Part shown: positions 1-13,388 of the stretch, in pieces
How the letters are laid out: each line of letters opens with the position of its first letter
Numbering within the stretch: position 1 is the first letter of the stretch
DNA from: Octopus bimaculoides
Lineage: Eukaryota
Reading direction: 5' to 3'
Length of the DNA: 47,475 bases
NCBI RefSeq assembly: GCF_001194135.2
Contig: NC_068982.1
Span: forward strand, 30,428,398 to 30,475,872
The notes under the pieces: generated by a model
The model's database searches: none
What the model was told of the DNA's origin: nothing
What the model saw: the letters and a program-made list of their open reading frames with translations, nothing else
Made by a program: the position numbers and the translations under genes

Positions 1-41
1 TATAGAGTTACTACCTACTCCTTTTCTACATACTGAGCAGG

Positions 42-80
<39 letters not shown>

Positions 81-85
<5 letters not shown>

Positions 86-936
86 GTGATGAGTAAATTG
101 TCGCCATTTTATATTTTTAATTTTGCGCATGTACATTGTTTGTTTTTGATTTTGTTGACAACACAATATAGTAGGGTCAGTTGGGCACTGTCTGTGAGAA
201 AAACAGCACCATGATGCAATTCACTCTGCTAGAAATTTGGAAATGACATGCTGTACTGCTTGGTATTCCTGCCGGAAGCTCCAATATGAACATTTCAGAG
301 TGTTTTGGGGTCAATCCAAAGACATGTATCAAGAGTTATAAAAATCAAATGTCCAGTCAACATTATGGTGATCACTAATGATGGCAACGTTATGTCTCCA
401 TTCATCTTCCCACACGACCTCAGACTCAACATGGAGGCCTACATCAAGTGCCTGGAGGAGGTAGTGCTGTCCTGGATTGAGAGGGAGGCTGCTGGAAGAC
501 TTTATGTCTGGCAACAAGACTCTGCACCATGCCACAGAAGCAGGAGAACTTAATCATGGCTGTCAGACAATTTCTGTGACCATATCACCCCTAACATCTG
601 GTCACCTAACTACCTACACTGCAACCCTCTTGGTTATTATGTGTGCTGTGCGCTTAAGCGAAACACCAGCAAAATTCCTTGTAACACCAAAGATGAACTG
701 AAGGCAAGGATTATTGCAGCATTCACCAACTTAAACAAGGAGACTATCCAGAAGAGTTGCGAGAGATTCCGAAGTCATCTGGAGTTTGAAGCCAATGGCG
801 ATCTTATTAAATAAATTTATTTTTTTAATATTTCAGGATATTTTTATGTAATTTTGGTAAATATATCTGTTAAATGAGATGACAGTGTCATTTTCAGTTT
901 TGTGTAATGTAAACGACAATATATTTACTGCTCCCT
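81..936 (+). mobile_element. Degenerate Tc1/mariner DNA transposon, DD37D (maT/Bmmar1-like) type, internally deleted
   Basis: Frame of ORF 305..553 reads through one stop to 814: WQQDSAPCH...WSPNYLHCNPLGYY...KDELKARIIAAFTNLNKETIQKSCERFRSHLE. There are 37 residues between the QD aspartate and the (mutated) PLD position. Imperfect terminal sequences lie near 81-105 and 910-936, next to (TA)n and an N gap. Confidence 0.85.
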
Positions 937-1963
937 NNNNNNNNNNNNNNNNNNNNNNNNNNNNNNNNNNNNNNNNNNNNNNNNNNNNNNNNNNNNNNNN
1001 NNNNNNNNNNNNNNNNGTGGTTGGACTTAATTTAGATTTTAATTTAGCACCATTTAGAGTTTAGTCTAAGTATTACTATTGAATCATGAATATCAAGTCT
1101 TATGTAGGTAAATGTCTCAAATTTGAGAGGTAGGAAAGTTTCCACTTAAGATTCCAATGAAAATTAAGATAGATTACTGCTACCCTTATTTGAATGTATA
1201 CCATAAACTCAGCTGAATGAGGGCTTACACAATTTCTCAAATAATCTTTACTATCCTACCTTTTTTTTTTTTTTTTTTTTTGTGAGTTTGCGCCCTTGTT
1301 TTGTTAATTACTTTCTTGGAAATTTAATCCTTGTCATTTAGGGATCTACAGGTCTAAAATGTCTTGAGTGCAGCCTTGTTCACCAGTATCATTAAAGACA
1401 AAATGCATTTCCCTTCATTTAGTCAATTGCAAATACATAATTGCCATTCTTATTCTTCAACTAAGTGAATGGCATCTGGAAGAAAGGCGTAGGCTCCACT
1501 GATTATATAATTTACTCCTATTCAGTAATGTATACTAACAGTTCATTGTCTTTATTTCATAGGTTAAAGTGTTTGGCCTTTCTTTTGCATCTGATACCAG
1601 TGAAGATCTATTTCCTGACAAACTCAAAATGCTTGTTCTGCACTCACCGCTTGCATTAGATATTTGGTATTGATTACCTATGGACTCCCCTCTAATGTTG
1701 CTTGACTTTGGAGAAAATGCGAGGACCTTTAATTCTACCTCTTGCAGAGGAGTCTCCGAATTAATGACATTACCATATTGCATTCTATGTATTTGTTCTG
1801 GTCAAATTAATTCTCAGAATAGTTTATTGTCAGTTTCTATCACTTCCAGTATCAGCAGCCCTTGAGATTCATCTACCTGTTTGTCATACACATTGATCTT
1901 TCAAAAGTTTGAAGAACATAGAATGGTGGAATCTTGAGTATTGCCTCTACACACATGGGTGCA

Positions 1964-1993
<30 letters not shown>

Positions 1994-1996
<3 letters not shown>

Positions 1997-2494
1997 CATC
2001 ATCATCATCATCATCAGTTAATGTCCACCTCCCGTGCTGGCATGGGTTGGATGATTTAACAGGAGCTGGGCAGGCAGGAGCCTGTACCAGACTTCTGTGT
2101 CTGTTTTGGCACAGTCTTCTCTAGCTGGATGTCCTTCCTAACACCAACTACCCCGCAGAGTGAGCTGAGTGCTTTTTACCTGGCACCAGCATAAGTGAGG
2201 TCAGTTTTGGCAGGGCTTTTTACAGCTGGATGCCCTTCTAAATGCCAGCCACTTCTCAATGTGGACTGGATGCTTTTTATGTGGCAACAGCACAGTTGAG
2301 GTCAGTTTTGGTTTGGTTTTTACAACTGGATGCCCTTCCTAACATCAACCACTCTGCAGAGTGGACTGGGTGTTGTTTTACATAGCAGGATCACGAGCAA
2401 GGTTAGTTTTGGTATGGTTTTTACAGCTCGACGCCCTTCCAAATGCCTACCACTTTACAGTGTGGACTGGGTGCTTTTTACATGGCACCAACAC
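1994..2494 (-). mobile_element. RTE-tailed SINE or RTE 3' UTR copy (family C) with four tandem ~100-bp modules
   Basis: (CAT)n tail, then gttaatgtccacctcccgtgctggcatgggttggatg. The ctggatgcccttcc module recurs at 2125, 2226, 2326 and 2427. Confidence 0.8.
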
Positions 2495-3179
2495 AAAATT
2501 ACTATTTCATGATGCTCACAAGCAGAAATAAAACTTGAATGGGTAAGTCAGAATGCTGTCTGTAATCATAAATGCATCTAAATTTCATTCTTAAAAGGAC
2601 TTCTTCACTGCTACTAGAATTCAGAAATTCAAACATCATTGTCTTTTTTTAGAACTAGAGACAAAGTTTTGTGCTTTTCAGCTTAAAATCTACTCATACT
2701 TTCTGAGTTTAGCATACACAAATATGTGTAAAACACCATAATATGCAAGCAGTAATTCCAAATAGGAATTACATTGATAGAAAAAAAAATAAAAGAAAGG
2801 GAAAAGCAAATTGATTTTCAGCATATACTCTTGACAACTAAGAATTAAGAAATGTGTTGTCTATATACACAATTCTTTGTTACGTTACTGCACAACATGA
2901 TCTTATTGACTTGAGCACTTTCATGTAGAACTCTTTCAAGACATTCTTTGACATTTGTGCCTTTCATTGAATACCTAACTGTAAATATTCCACGAAAGGT
3001 TTTCTTTGGGTCACTAAATCAAATATTTCATGTTGTTATCAGACAAATGCGGTTCATGTCAGAAAGTATGACATCTTTCAATTCAGTTCAAATTAATGCT
3101 TCATCAGCTTTGCTAGGATTCTGACTACAACCCATCTATCATTTGCTGTGATTACTTGAAGGTCAATAAAGAAACGCTA

Positions 3180-3722
3180 CATGGTTGCTGGACTTGCTAG
3201 CCAGAAATAGCAACCAAGTTGCCTTCAACTCATATCCTAACAATATTAAGTAAAGAAAGACACATTATATAATGTTGTCCTATATACTCGTAAGAAAGAT
3301 TGGCTGATCAAAAGTTGGTTTACCTTTGAGCAAGGTTACTTTAGAGCCAAACAGCAACATTGCTAAAGAAGATTTGTCATGCTTTCTTCATTGATGAATC
3401 TGTTTCCTAAGGCATTGCACTTTGCTTATTTCTTGTGCACATGAAAAATATTAGTTTTTAAACCATTTTATTAAATTACTGTAATAAGCTTACAAAAAAG
3501 TAGCAATATAGTTGCTCAGTCTGCTAGAAATAGTAACCAAATCTCCCTTAAATCATACCCTATGACCCTAAAAATAGCAGAAATGAAAGTTCACGTTACA
3601 TTGTGTAGTTCTGAGATCTTTATATCTCACTGAAGAAATCATAAGGTATGATCATGGTTGGAATGCCTTTGATCACATGTCAACTCAATTGTGTTTAACC
3701 TGGAAGTAAGCAGTGATAACAA
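3180..3722 (+). mobile_element. Two diverged copies of an interspersed SINE-like repeat (family E)
   Basis: The ctgctagaaatagcaaccaaatctccc...ggtcatggctggaatgcctttgatca motifs recur here and near 13430, 15490, 25090, 26540 (minus) and 33210. Confidence 0.55.
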
Positions 3723-5929
3723 ATGGTAACTTACCTCTTCTTGAGCAGTTTGTTACAACAGGGAATCTGCAAATTGCACAACATATCTATGTCTTTTATC
3801 TTAATGATATATTGAACATTGATTAATATCTAACACTTGTATATCCTTTTTATTGTTATCACTTGTGCTGATGCCACAATATAATATGGCTTGTATATTC
3901 TGTAAAGTGACTGGTGAATCAAAAAGAGCCATTGTAGTGTTTTTTAAAAAAAAGACATGCCTCTTCAGTTTGGCCCAGGGTATGACAACCTCACTAGTGC
4001 TGCTACCATAAGAAAACACCCCCAATTCACTCTGTAAAAGTGGTTGCTGTTTGGAAGAGCATCTAGTCTTAGAAACCATGTCAGAAAGGTGAGACAACCT
4101 AGTGAATCATTTAGGAAAGCTGTAATTCTGAAAAAGAACTGATTCAACTCATAAACAACCCTTGCTAGCAAGGAAAACAAGTCTAAAATGATGATCATAA
4201 TGGCAACAACAGCAACAATGATGCCTGTGCCATTAATGACATGTTCTTTCTTTTGATCAACAGGGTCACACCTACCAAAACATGTTAATATAATGTACCG
4301 ATAATAGTAATATCATACATGTGTAACCAAACACATTGTGGTAACAAGACTAAAATAAGCAGTGTATCTTTAAAGAAAAAAAAATGAAACTAGAGAGGTA
4401 GATAACATCTGAAGTATGAAAAATAAATGAAATAAAATATATTAAAAAATAGAGGGAAAATGTTCAAATCTAAATAAAATTATTGTTTTCTGTCTTATTT
4501 CCCATGCATAATTTTACTTCTTTCAACAAAAATTCTTCACTCTTTGTCGGGTATAAATTTTTGTATGTTTCCTATCACTCATTCTTATTCCTCTCATATT
4601 CTCTTTCCAACTGAATGAACTCAATTTTTCTTTACAATATACTTCTGAAGAGATATGTCTTTGTAACCAGTCACTGCCAATGTAAGATCTGTAGTAGCAG
4701 TTCCATTTACTACTGCTGCTGCTGTTGGTGATAATGGTGAAGAAGGATATTGATTATGATGATTATAGAAGTGATTCTGTTTGAGTTCTCTGTCCTAATA
4801 TCACTTTTACGTTTCTTTTCATTTGTCCAATTCTTGAGAACTTTCTTTGCAACATTTACAGGTGTTTTATTAATTTATAACTCCAGCATTCATAATGATA
4901 AANNNNNNNNNNNNNNNNNNNNNNNNNNNNNNNNNNNNNNNNNNNNNNNNNNNNNNNNNNNNNNNNNNNNNNNNNNNNNNNNNNNNNNNNNNNNNNNNNN
5001 NNTATGCCCCCACCCCCGTAACTTAGCAGTTCAGTAAAGGAGACTGATAGAGTAAGTACCAGGCTTTAAAAACAACATGGCGTTCGATTCATTCAACTAA
5101 AATTTTTCGAGGCAATGCCCCAGCTTCAGTTAGGCTATTTTTCACTAATGAGATTCAATCTGATCGAAATATGTATGGGTTTTTTTTTGCATATACTATT
5201 CAGTACACTAATCCTTAACATCAGTCTTTAAGATACCCAAATTCATGCTGTTGGTTCATTTGTGTTGTTTCCTATTTTCTGTACTTCCAGAACTTTGTTA
5301 CCTGATCAAGGTGACTCATATTTGATTACGCTTTACTAACAAGATCAAATCAGACAGAAATATAGTGTCCCCTATTGTTACTAACAAGGATCAGGGTTCC
5401 CCCTTACTGTGTAAATTACTTTTGTAAAAATTCTCAATTTTTTAAAATTATTTCTCCCAGCAGTCATGCCTTTGATTGTATGTCTGCTCAGACTAAACTG
5501 GGCTAAATATTTGGAATAATAATGCCCAATCTAGTTTTCTACTGTCCTTCACTATTGCCACTGGTCTTAAAAGAAATAAAATAGCATTATCTCCATATAG
5601 GAACCAGGACAGTATAGAATGTAAGAAAACAAAAATAACCACCTTTTAGTTCATTATGATTTAATGTCTTTTTTTCTTTTTTTCTGAACCAATTTAGATT
5701 CTCTAGTTGTTCTCCCCAAAGAATAAATTATCATGGTTCGTGTTCAATCTCAACTTAACTGATGTAATTATTGCAAAATAATAAATAATCAGGTAATAAG
5801 TAGCAATAACCACAATGGCGATGCTGATTAGATTAGTATTTTTTAAGAGTGAAACGGGGCCAGCCACACACTATGTTTGCTTTTGTTTTGTTTGTTTGTT
5901 TGTTTGCTTGCTTTTTTGTTTTTTTTCTT

Positions 5930-6900
5930 AGGCGGGGAAACCATCAATTAAATCAGCCTCTCTCTTTTGGTATTTATCTGGTACTTATTTTATCAATGCT
6001 CAAAGAATGAAAGACAAAGTCAGTTTCTGTTCTGCAAGATTTGGCTCAGAATACAGCAGAGTTGCAACAATATACTGTATCCATTTTGTATGCTACTCCA
6101 TCATCTGCCACTATAATAATAATAATAATAATGATAATAATCATAATAATAATTCTTTCTACTATAGGCACAAGGCCTTAGATTTGGGGGTAGAGGGTTA
6201 AGTTGATTACATCTACCCCAGTACTCAACTGGTACTTATTTTATCAACCCCGAAAGGATGAAAAGTAAAGTCGAACTTGGTGGAATTTGAACTCAGAACA
6301 TAGCAACAGGCGAATAATAATAATAATCCTTTGTTTTAGGCACAAAGCCTGAAATTCTGGGGGAGGGGGCCAGTCAAATAGATCAACCCCAGTACTCAAC
6401 TATTGACCCCATAAAGCAGATAGTCATCTGTCACCATAATAATAATACTAATAATAATGGTTTCAAATTTTACCACAAGGGCAGCAGTTTTCGGGGGAGG
6501 AGATGAGTCGATTACATCGACCCCAGTGTTCAACTTATTTTATCAATTCCGAAAGGATGAAAGGCAAAGTCAACCTAAGCATTTTGCCCGTCATGCTAAC
6601 AATTTTACCAGCTTTCCACCTTGATGATGATGATGATGATGATGATAATAATAATAATAATAATAACAATAATAATAATATTCATGATTTCAAATTTTGG
6701 CTCAAGGCCAGTGGTTTTAGGGGATGGGTAAGTTGATTACATCAACCCCAATATTTAACTGGTACTTATTTTATCAACTTCTGAAAGGATGAAAGATAAA
6801 GTCAGCCTCGGAGGACTTTGAACTCAGAACATATGGATGGACAAAATGCCATCATGCTAATGGTTCTGCCAACTCACCTCCTTAATAATAATAATAATAA
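5930..6900 (-). mobile_element. Cluster of tRNA-derived SINEs (family B), about five partial copies
   Basis: Repeated ccccgaaaggatgaaaggcaaagtcgacc...ggaatttgaactcagaac core separated by (AAT)n and (GAT)n tracts. The minus strand carries a B-box-like gagttcaaattcc. Confidence 0.85.
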
Positions 6901-6913
6901 TGATAATCCTTTC

Positions 6914-7898
6914 AGATCTTTGCGGTTATCGTCACTGTCTACAATTTTGATCCAATTGTTTTCAAATTTGGTATACTAATTAAGAAACTGAAATTCATTT
7001 TTCCTATAAATTTATAATTAAAAATTTATTAGCCTTTAAAATTGGCAAAATTTGGGTATTTTAGCCAATCAGAAGCAAGTATTTTACACATCACTATGAT
7101 GTTTTGTTAGCATACTAAGCAAAGAGGCACTATGTGTTCCATAGCTTATTGTGAAGAACTCTGTTTCCATAGTAACCAAAGATGCTGTGCATGTGCACAA
7201 GGAGTGTAATCAACAAATTTAGAGTACCTGGGCATCTTTAAAGCATGGAAACAAACGCCGGTGTGGGACACACTGTTCCATAGTTGACTCTTATCTTTGT
7301 AGATTTATGTGGAGAAGGAGATATGGGAAAGATAATTTATTTTATAAAATCCTAGAGTGTATTGCAAACTATTGTTCTTGAGTTTTTTAACTAATAAATG
7401 TCTGTTTTAAGCAATGTTTTGACTGTTATTTCTAGCAACTCCTTTTGGTTTGGGCATAGCTTTTAAATATTTAATTTGTTTGCAAATGTTTTAATGTTTT
7501 CCACTGTTTACTTTGCTTATGTATATTTTAATATTTTGACTGTTATTTCTTGCAACTCCTGTTGATTTGCTTGTAGCTTTTAAATATTTAATTTTCTCAT
7601 GAATCTTTTAATGTTTTTCACTGTAAACTGTAGCTAGTTTAATATTTTGACATGCCAGTGCCCTACCCCTTTCTTCCTACTGTGACAGATGATAGAAGAG
7701 GCAGCGAACATGCTGTTTTCTGATTGGCTGAAAATTTTGAGAATTATCAAACTTTGAACACCTGTAACATTTTCACAAAATTTTTCTTGAATAAATCAAT
7801 AACAAATTCGGATTCAGTATCAAAAATTACATCTATATGATACATTAAAAAAATTTTTTAAAGATTTCAACATGTGGTGACAATAACCACAAAGATCC
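6914..7898. mobile_element. Non-autonomous DNA transposon with ~23-bp TIRs and 8-bp TSD, Merlin-like
   Basis: Left end agatctttgcggttatcgtcact; right end ggtgacaataaccacaaagatcc. TSD atcctttc at 6906-6913 and 7899-7906. Subterminal inverted agccaatcagaa motifs and two internal ~117-bp repeats (about 7420-7650). Confidence 0.75.
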
Positions 7899-8565
<667 letters not shown>

Positions 8566-8624
8566 TGATAATAATGATAATATTGTCTCTTTTTTAGTTT
8601 AGGTAGAATTTTGAAGGGAGGAGA

Positions 8625-9855
8625 AAACCCTACAAAACCTGAGTCACCCTGACTGCCAGAGCAAACGTCCTCTCTACATTGTCTTCCTTCAATCTACAGG
8701 CACATGCTTAGAGCTGGCCTGTTCACTCAGACCACTCTTGACACATTCAATCACCTTTCAACAAAATTGTTGGGAGACAGCACTTGACCAAAGTGGAAAG
8801 AATCTATTTTCAGCTCTTTCAATCTTGTCTACCACACAACTTCTTTCGCTTAGGTTACCAGACAAATAAACACTGCATGCCCTTCCTGGCCAAAACAAGA
8901 AGCAGGATGATCTTTATAATCTTTTCTTCTCTAGGCACAAGGCCTGAAATTTTTGGGAAGCGGGCTAGTCAATTAGATTGACCCCAGTATGCAACTGGTA
9001 CTTAATTTATCGATCCCGAAAGGATGAAAGGCAAATCAACCTCGGTCGAATTTGAACTCAGAACGTAAAGACAGATGAAATACTGCTAAGCATTTCGTCC
9101 GACGTGCTAACATTTCTGTCAGCTCACCGTCTGAGAATGATCTTTATAATGGGCTTAGCCAGTAGCTACATCAGTCTTACATGTGACAACAAGTGTTTGT
9201 CATAAACCCACAAGTCAACCATGCTCAGGCCCTGCAAAAGAGCATATAGAACAGTTTTGTCACTCTGTGCACATCTCAGGCAAGCTTGGCTGATAGCACT
9301 TCCATGCTTGTAGAGTTTATCTTGAACCAGCAATGTCCCCTGGTAACACTGCTAGGTCAAGGAATTTTGGAAATTATCCATGGGTCTCAGCCCAAAAGTC
9401 CCCTGCAACAGACCAACTAGCTGATTCTCATTGATGCCCATGGTCTCCCCTAGAATGTCATCATATTTTTCCACTATGAATCCTCTATAGAAAACCAAAG
9501 TGGAACTTCCACCGATTGCATTTCCTGACTATCAGAGGGCTGTGAGCTCCTGATGACATACTAGGTGCTAAGTGTTCTGCCTTAGTCTACTCTTGATTCA
9601 GGACTACAGCTTAGTTGAAGAGACAAGCTGCAGAAAAGTGAGTCTGACAAACGGTGATCACACCTGCTCATTGTCGAGGAAGCACTGGGGATGTCATGGC
9701 TTCAGCACATATTTGCATATCATCAGCCCCCAGCATTTTCACTCCTCCATTCAGCAGGTGTTGACAAATAGAGGTCTTGACTAGTGAAATGAGTACCTTC
9801 CACAGAAAGCAGAAGATTATGTGCTCCAGTTTGGTCAGGTAGTAATATAATACAA
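8625..9855 (-). mobile_element. L1/Tx1-clade LINE 3' fragment, interrupted by a SINE
   Basis: Minus translation gives LTKLEHIIFCFLWKVLISLVKTSICQHLLNGG (post-RT region) and VQDKLYKHGSAISQACLRCAQSDKTVLYAL (zf-RVT-like C-terminus), with many stops and frameshifts. Confidence 0.75.
8921..9136 (-). mobile_element. Family B SINE with 14-bp TSD inserted in the L1/Tx1 fragment
   Basis: TSD atgatctttataat at 8907-8920 and 9137-9150. Head, core and tail are all present. Confidence 0.9.
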
Positions 9856-10582
9856 ATGATAATGATAATATTATCTTCAGCATCTCACAGTGACATAAGG
9901 CAATGCATTTTGCTGGTAAAATGTGACTGATTTAATTTACTGCAATACTTAGCTGTTACATTAGTGAAAAGTTTTTGACTTTAATGAGATTTGAATCAAA
10001 CATGTAAAGTGACTCAAGGCATTTTAATCCATTGCTGTACTATATCAGCCCCTATTCACTCTCATAATAATTATTAGGAAATACATTAATTTGTGTTTCC
10101 TTTACTCTTTCACCAGAAGTGGATTATCGTATGGTACATGTACAATATCTAGTGCAGTGGTTTTTTATTACATTTTCTATTCTACACTGAGTCAGACACT
10201 AAAAGTTTCACAACATGCCATCAACTTTTGTAAATGTTTTATCATTTAAAGAATGAGTATTAAAATTGTTTTAAAACTGAGATGGAGTTATGCATTGCAC
10301 TTTGCCACAAAGAAGCATACATGTATCAGTTTAGTGTGTTAAAACGCTTGAGTTTTCTAAATATCCTGACATTCTCCAACTTAGCTGAAAAACTTGAGCA
10401 CATCTGTGGACCACATGTGGTATGCAAATGTGTGACTGCACAGTGGTTGATGATGTTTGGGTTTGCATATTAATGAGGTGTTATCTTTGAAATTTTGGGA
10501 CATAATGTATTACAAAAAAAAAAAAACGTTTTTAGGCATTTAAAATTGTTTCATTCAGTTTAATGTAAATGTAAACACAAAC

Positions 10583-10760
10583 ATGGTTGTATGGTCGAAA
10601 GTTTCTTTCCTAACCTCATGGCTTTGGTTTCAATCCCACTGCACAGCACTGTTGGCTAATGTCTTCTAATATAGTTCCAGGTTGACTAATGCCCTGTGAG
10701 TGGATTTGGTTGATGGAAACTGAAAGAAGTGTCATATGCTTGTGTATGTGTGCATGGTTA
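10583..10760 (+). mobile_element. Diverged family A SINE (5' half)
   Basis: ggtttcaatcccactgcacagc...gtgagtggatttggttgatggaaactgaaagaag. Confidence 0.7.
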
Positions 10761-11303
10761 TGTGTGCATTGTTATGTGTGTTCATATTTGTGACTCTTTG
10801 TCTTGACTTCATGCAATGGTTGTGATTGTCACCGGCATAGAAATAGCATCCTTCATTTCTAATTTTTATGTGTAAACATGTTAGGGAACAAGTGTGGGTT
10901 CATGTCTGACAGAGGATTCAGCTGTAGAAAATCTGATTCAGCAAATTCTGTCTGACCAATACAGACATGAGAAAGTGGATATAAATGTGGTGGTGGTGGT
11001 GGTGGTGGTGGTGGTGGTGGCAGTGACAGTGGCATCAATGATGACAGTATGACTCCCACTGATTGATGACTGTGGGAGTATATATATGTAATTTAAATTG
11101 CTATCGTAACTCTTCAAAGTTGTAATAGTTTAACTTTCAACAGTTTCAGATCAAACATTTGTTATTCGAAAATATATTCTTTGTTTTGTAATTATTGTTA
11201 TTCATTTTGCCATGTAGCTATGCATTTGTGGGAATCTATACAGTCACTTGAACAAACTCAGGTGCATGCCTAGTACTTGTTAATAATATTGACTCTAAAT
11301 GCA

Positions 11304-11505
11304 GCAACCTGGCAGAATTGTTAGCATGCCAGGCAAAACGCTTAGTGGCATTTCATCCGTCTTTACATTCCAATTTCAAACTCCACCAAGGTCAACTTTA
11401 CCTTTCCGGGTTCTTAAAATAAGCATTAGTTTAACACTGGAGTCAATGTAATCAATTTAGCCCTTACCCCTAAATTTCTGGTCTTGTGCCAGAATTTGAA
11501 ATCAA
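11304..11505 (+). mobile_element. Family B SINE, forward orientation
   Basis: ctggcagaattgttagcatgccaggcaaaacgcttag...caaggtcaactttacc...ctggtcttgtgccagaatttgaa. Confidence 0.7.
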
Positions 11506-12157
11506 TAAATACTGACTCTAAACAAATGAAAGTCAAAAATGATTGTGGATGAATTTGAACTTAAAATTTTGATGGTGGTAACTTAATGTTGAAGGACATT
11601 CAGTCCAGAACCAGAATGTTTCTGACACTGCACTACCTTATTCATAATATTTTGGACTGCAGGCAGAAACAGTAGTAAAGAAAGAGACTTAGAAAGTGTT
11701 CATTCAGGTATAAAGAACCACGGATAGAAGCAGCAAGCATGTGATGTGCAGAGTTGACAACAGTGGCGTGCTACAGTTGATCAAATATAGAAATTGTCCA
11801 CAAAACAAACAACACTATAACCAAAACAACTTGCATTGTGAGTCATGCTGGTTATAACTTCTTGCCAGATCTATCTGTGCAATTCCATGGAAATGCCTTC
11901 CAATCTGATGGAGAAAAAGTGCTGAGATAAATATTATTCTGTAGATTCATAATCAGTGCTCGTCTCTCTCACCCTAAAGCATGTTCACACACACACATGC
12001 ATGCATATAAATGCACAAACATACAAAAGATAATTGTAAGACTGTAAATGCATATATTTTGTGGAATTGTTATTGGTGTTGCTTACCTTCCGATTATCGT
12101 TAGTTTAACAGACTTGTTCAGAATGTGTTTCAATTATTATCTTGTCTTATTCAAATA

Positions 12158-12342
12158 CAGTAATCCCTCACATAATCGTAGTTCACCTATCGCGGTTTAT
12201 AATAATAATAATAGGCTTATGTTGATGCCTCCATGGTGTTGTTTTGCATTTATAATAAAATGAATATATACAAATTATGAAAATATAAAAAAAAATATTC
12301 AGTACAGTACTGTTTCAACTTTATGGATTTTCACCTATCACG
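12158..12342 (+). mobile_element. pogo/Tigger-like MITE, truncated by the N gap
   Basis: TA followed by cagtaatccctc; colinear with the complete copy at 19427-19633. Confidence 0.75.
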
Positions 12343-12764
12343 NNNNNNNNNNNNNNNNNNNNNNNNNNNNNNNNNNNNNNNNNNNNNNNNNNNNNNNNNN
12401 NNNNNNNNNNNNNNNNNNNNNNNNNNNNNNNNNNNNNNNNNNNNNNNNNNNNNNNNNNNNNNNNNNNNNNNNNNNNNNNNNNNNNNNNNNNNNNNNNNNN
12501 NNNNNNNNNNNNNNNNNNNNNNNNNNNNNNNNNNNNNNNNNNNNNNNNNNNNNNNNNNNNNNNNNNNNNNNNNNNNNNNNNNNNNNNNNNNNNNNNNNNN
12601 NNNNNNNNNNNNNNNNNNNNNNNNNNNNNNNNNNNNNNNNNNNNNNNNNNNNNNNNNNNNNNNNNNNNNNNNNNNNNNNNNNNNNNNNNNNNNNNNNNNN
12701 NNNNNNNNNNNNNNNNNNNNNNNNNNNNNNNNNNNNNNNNNNNNNNNNNNNNNNNNNNNNNNNN

Positions 12765-12815
<51 letters not shown>

Positions 12816-13214
12816 ACACACACACATGCTCATATATTTGAAAATGTGTGTGTGTATGTGTGCACACGCATGCACGCATGAGTAGAGTGTGATTTGGTTG
12901 GTATTTTTAGCAGCTCTATGGGATTGTTGCCAACTGCGTTGATTTAGATCAATCCAGTGTTCTGTGTAAAACTGTACAAGGCCACATATTTTATAAAAAA
13001 GAAGGCAATAATCACTTGAATTGACGACAACACTTCATTATCTGTCGTTTCCCTACAAGCAATTAACATGAAGTGGAGTTGAAGACTCAGAGATACTCTT
13101 TTTTCATTTATTTTTATTCTTATTATTTGAGTAGAAGACCCGTCAAGCCAAGCGAAATTGTAGTTGTAACAGATATTGGTGTCATGCAACTGGCAACCGT
13201 GCCAGTAGTATGTA

Positions 13215-13388
13215 AAAGCACCCATTACACTTTCTCAGAGTGGTTCGTGTTAGAAAGGGCATGCAGCCATAGAAACCATGCCAAATCAGATTGGAGTCTG
13301 GTGCAGCCCTTCAGCTTGCCAGCCCTGGTCAAACCTTTCGACCCATGCCAGCATGGGCAACAGGTATTGATGATGGTGATGATGGGTT
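13215..13388 (+). mobile_element. Family C RTE-tailed repeat
   Basis: aaaagcacccattacact...gttagaaagggcatgcagc...acccatgccagcatgg...(GAT)n. Confidence 0.8.

Noticed and set aside
10859-11059. Poly-proline ORF on the minus strand
   Set aside because: The proline run comes from a (GGT)n microsatellite; there is no ATG start, splice support or recognisable domain.
11850-11935. Possible mariner C-terminal remnant on minus (RWQ-x-VI-like)
   Set aside because: It needs several frameshifts and no TIR was found; too weak to call.
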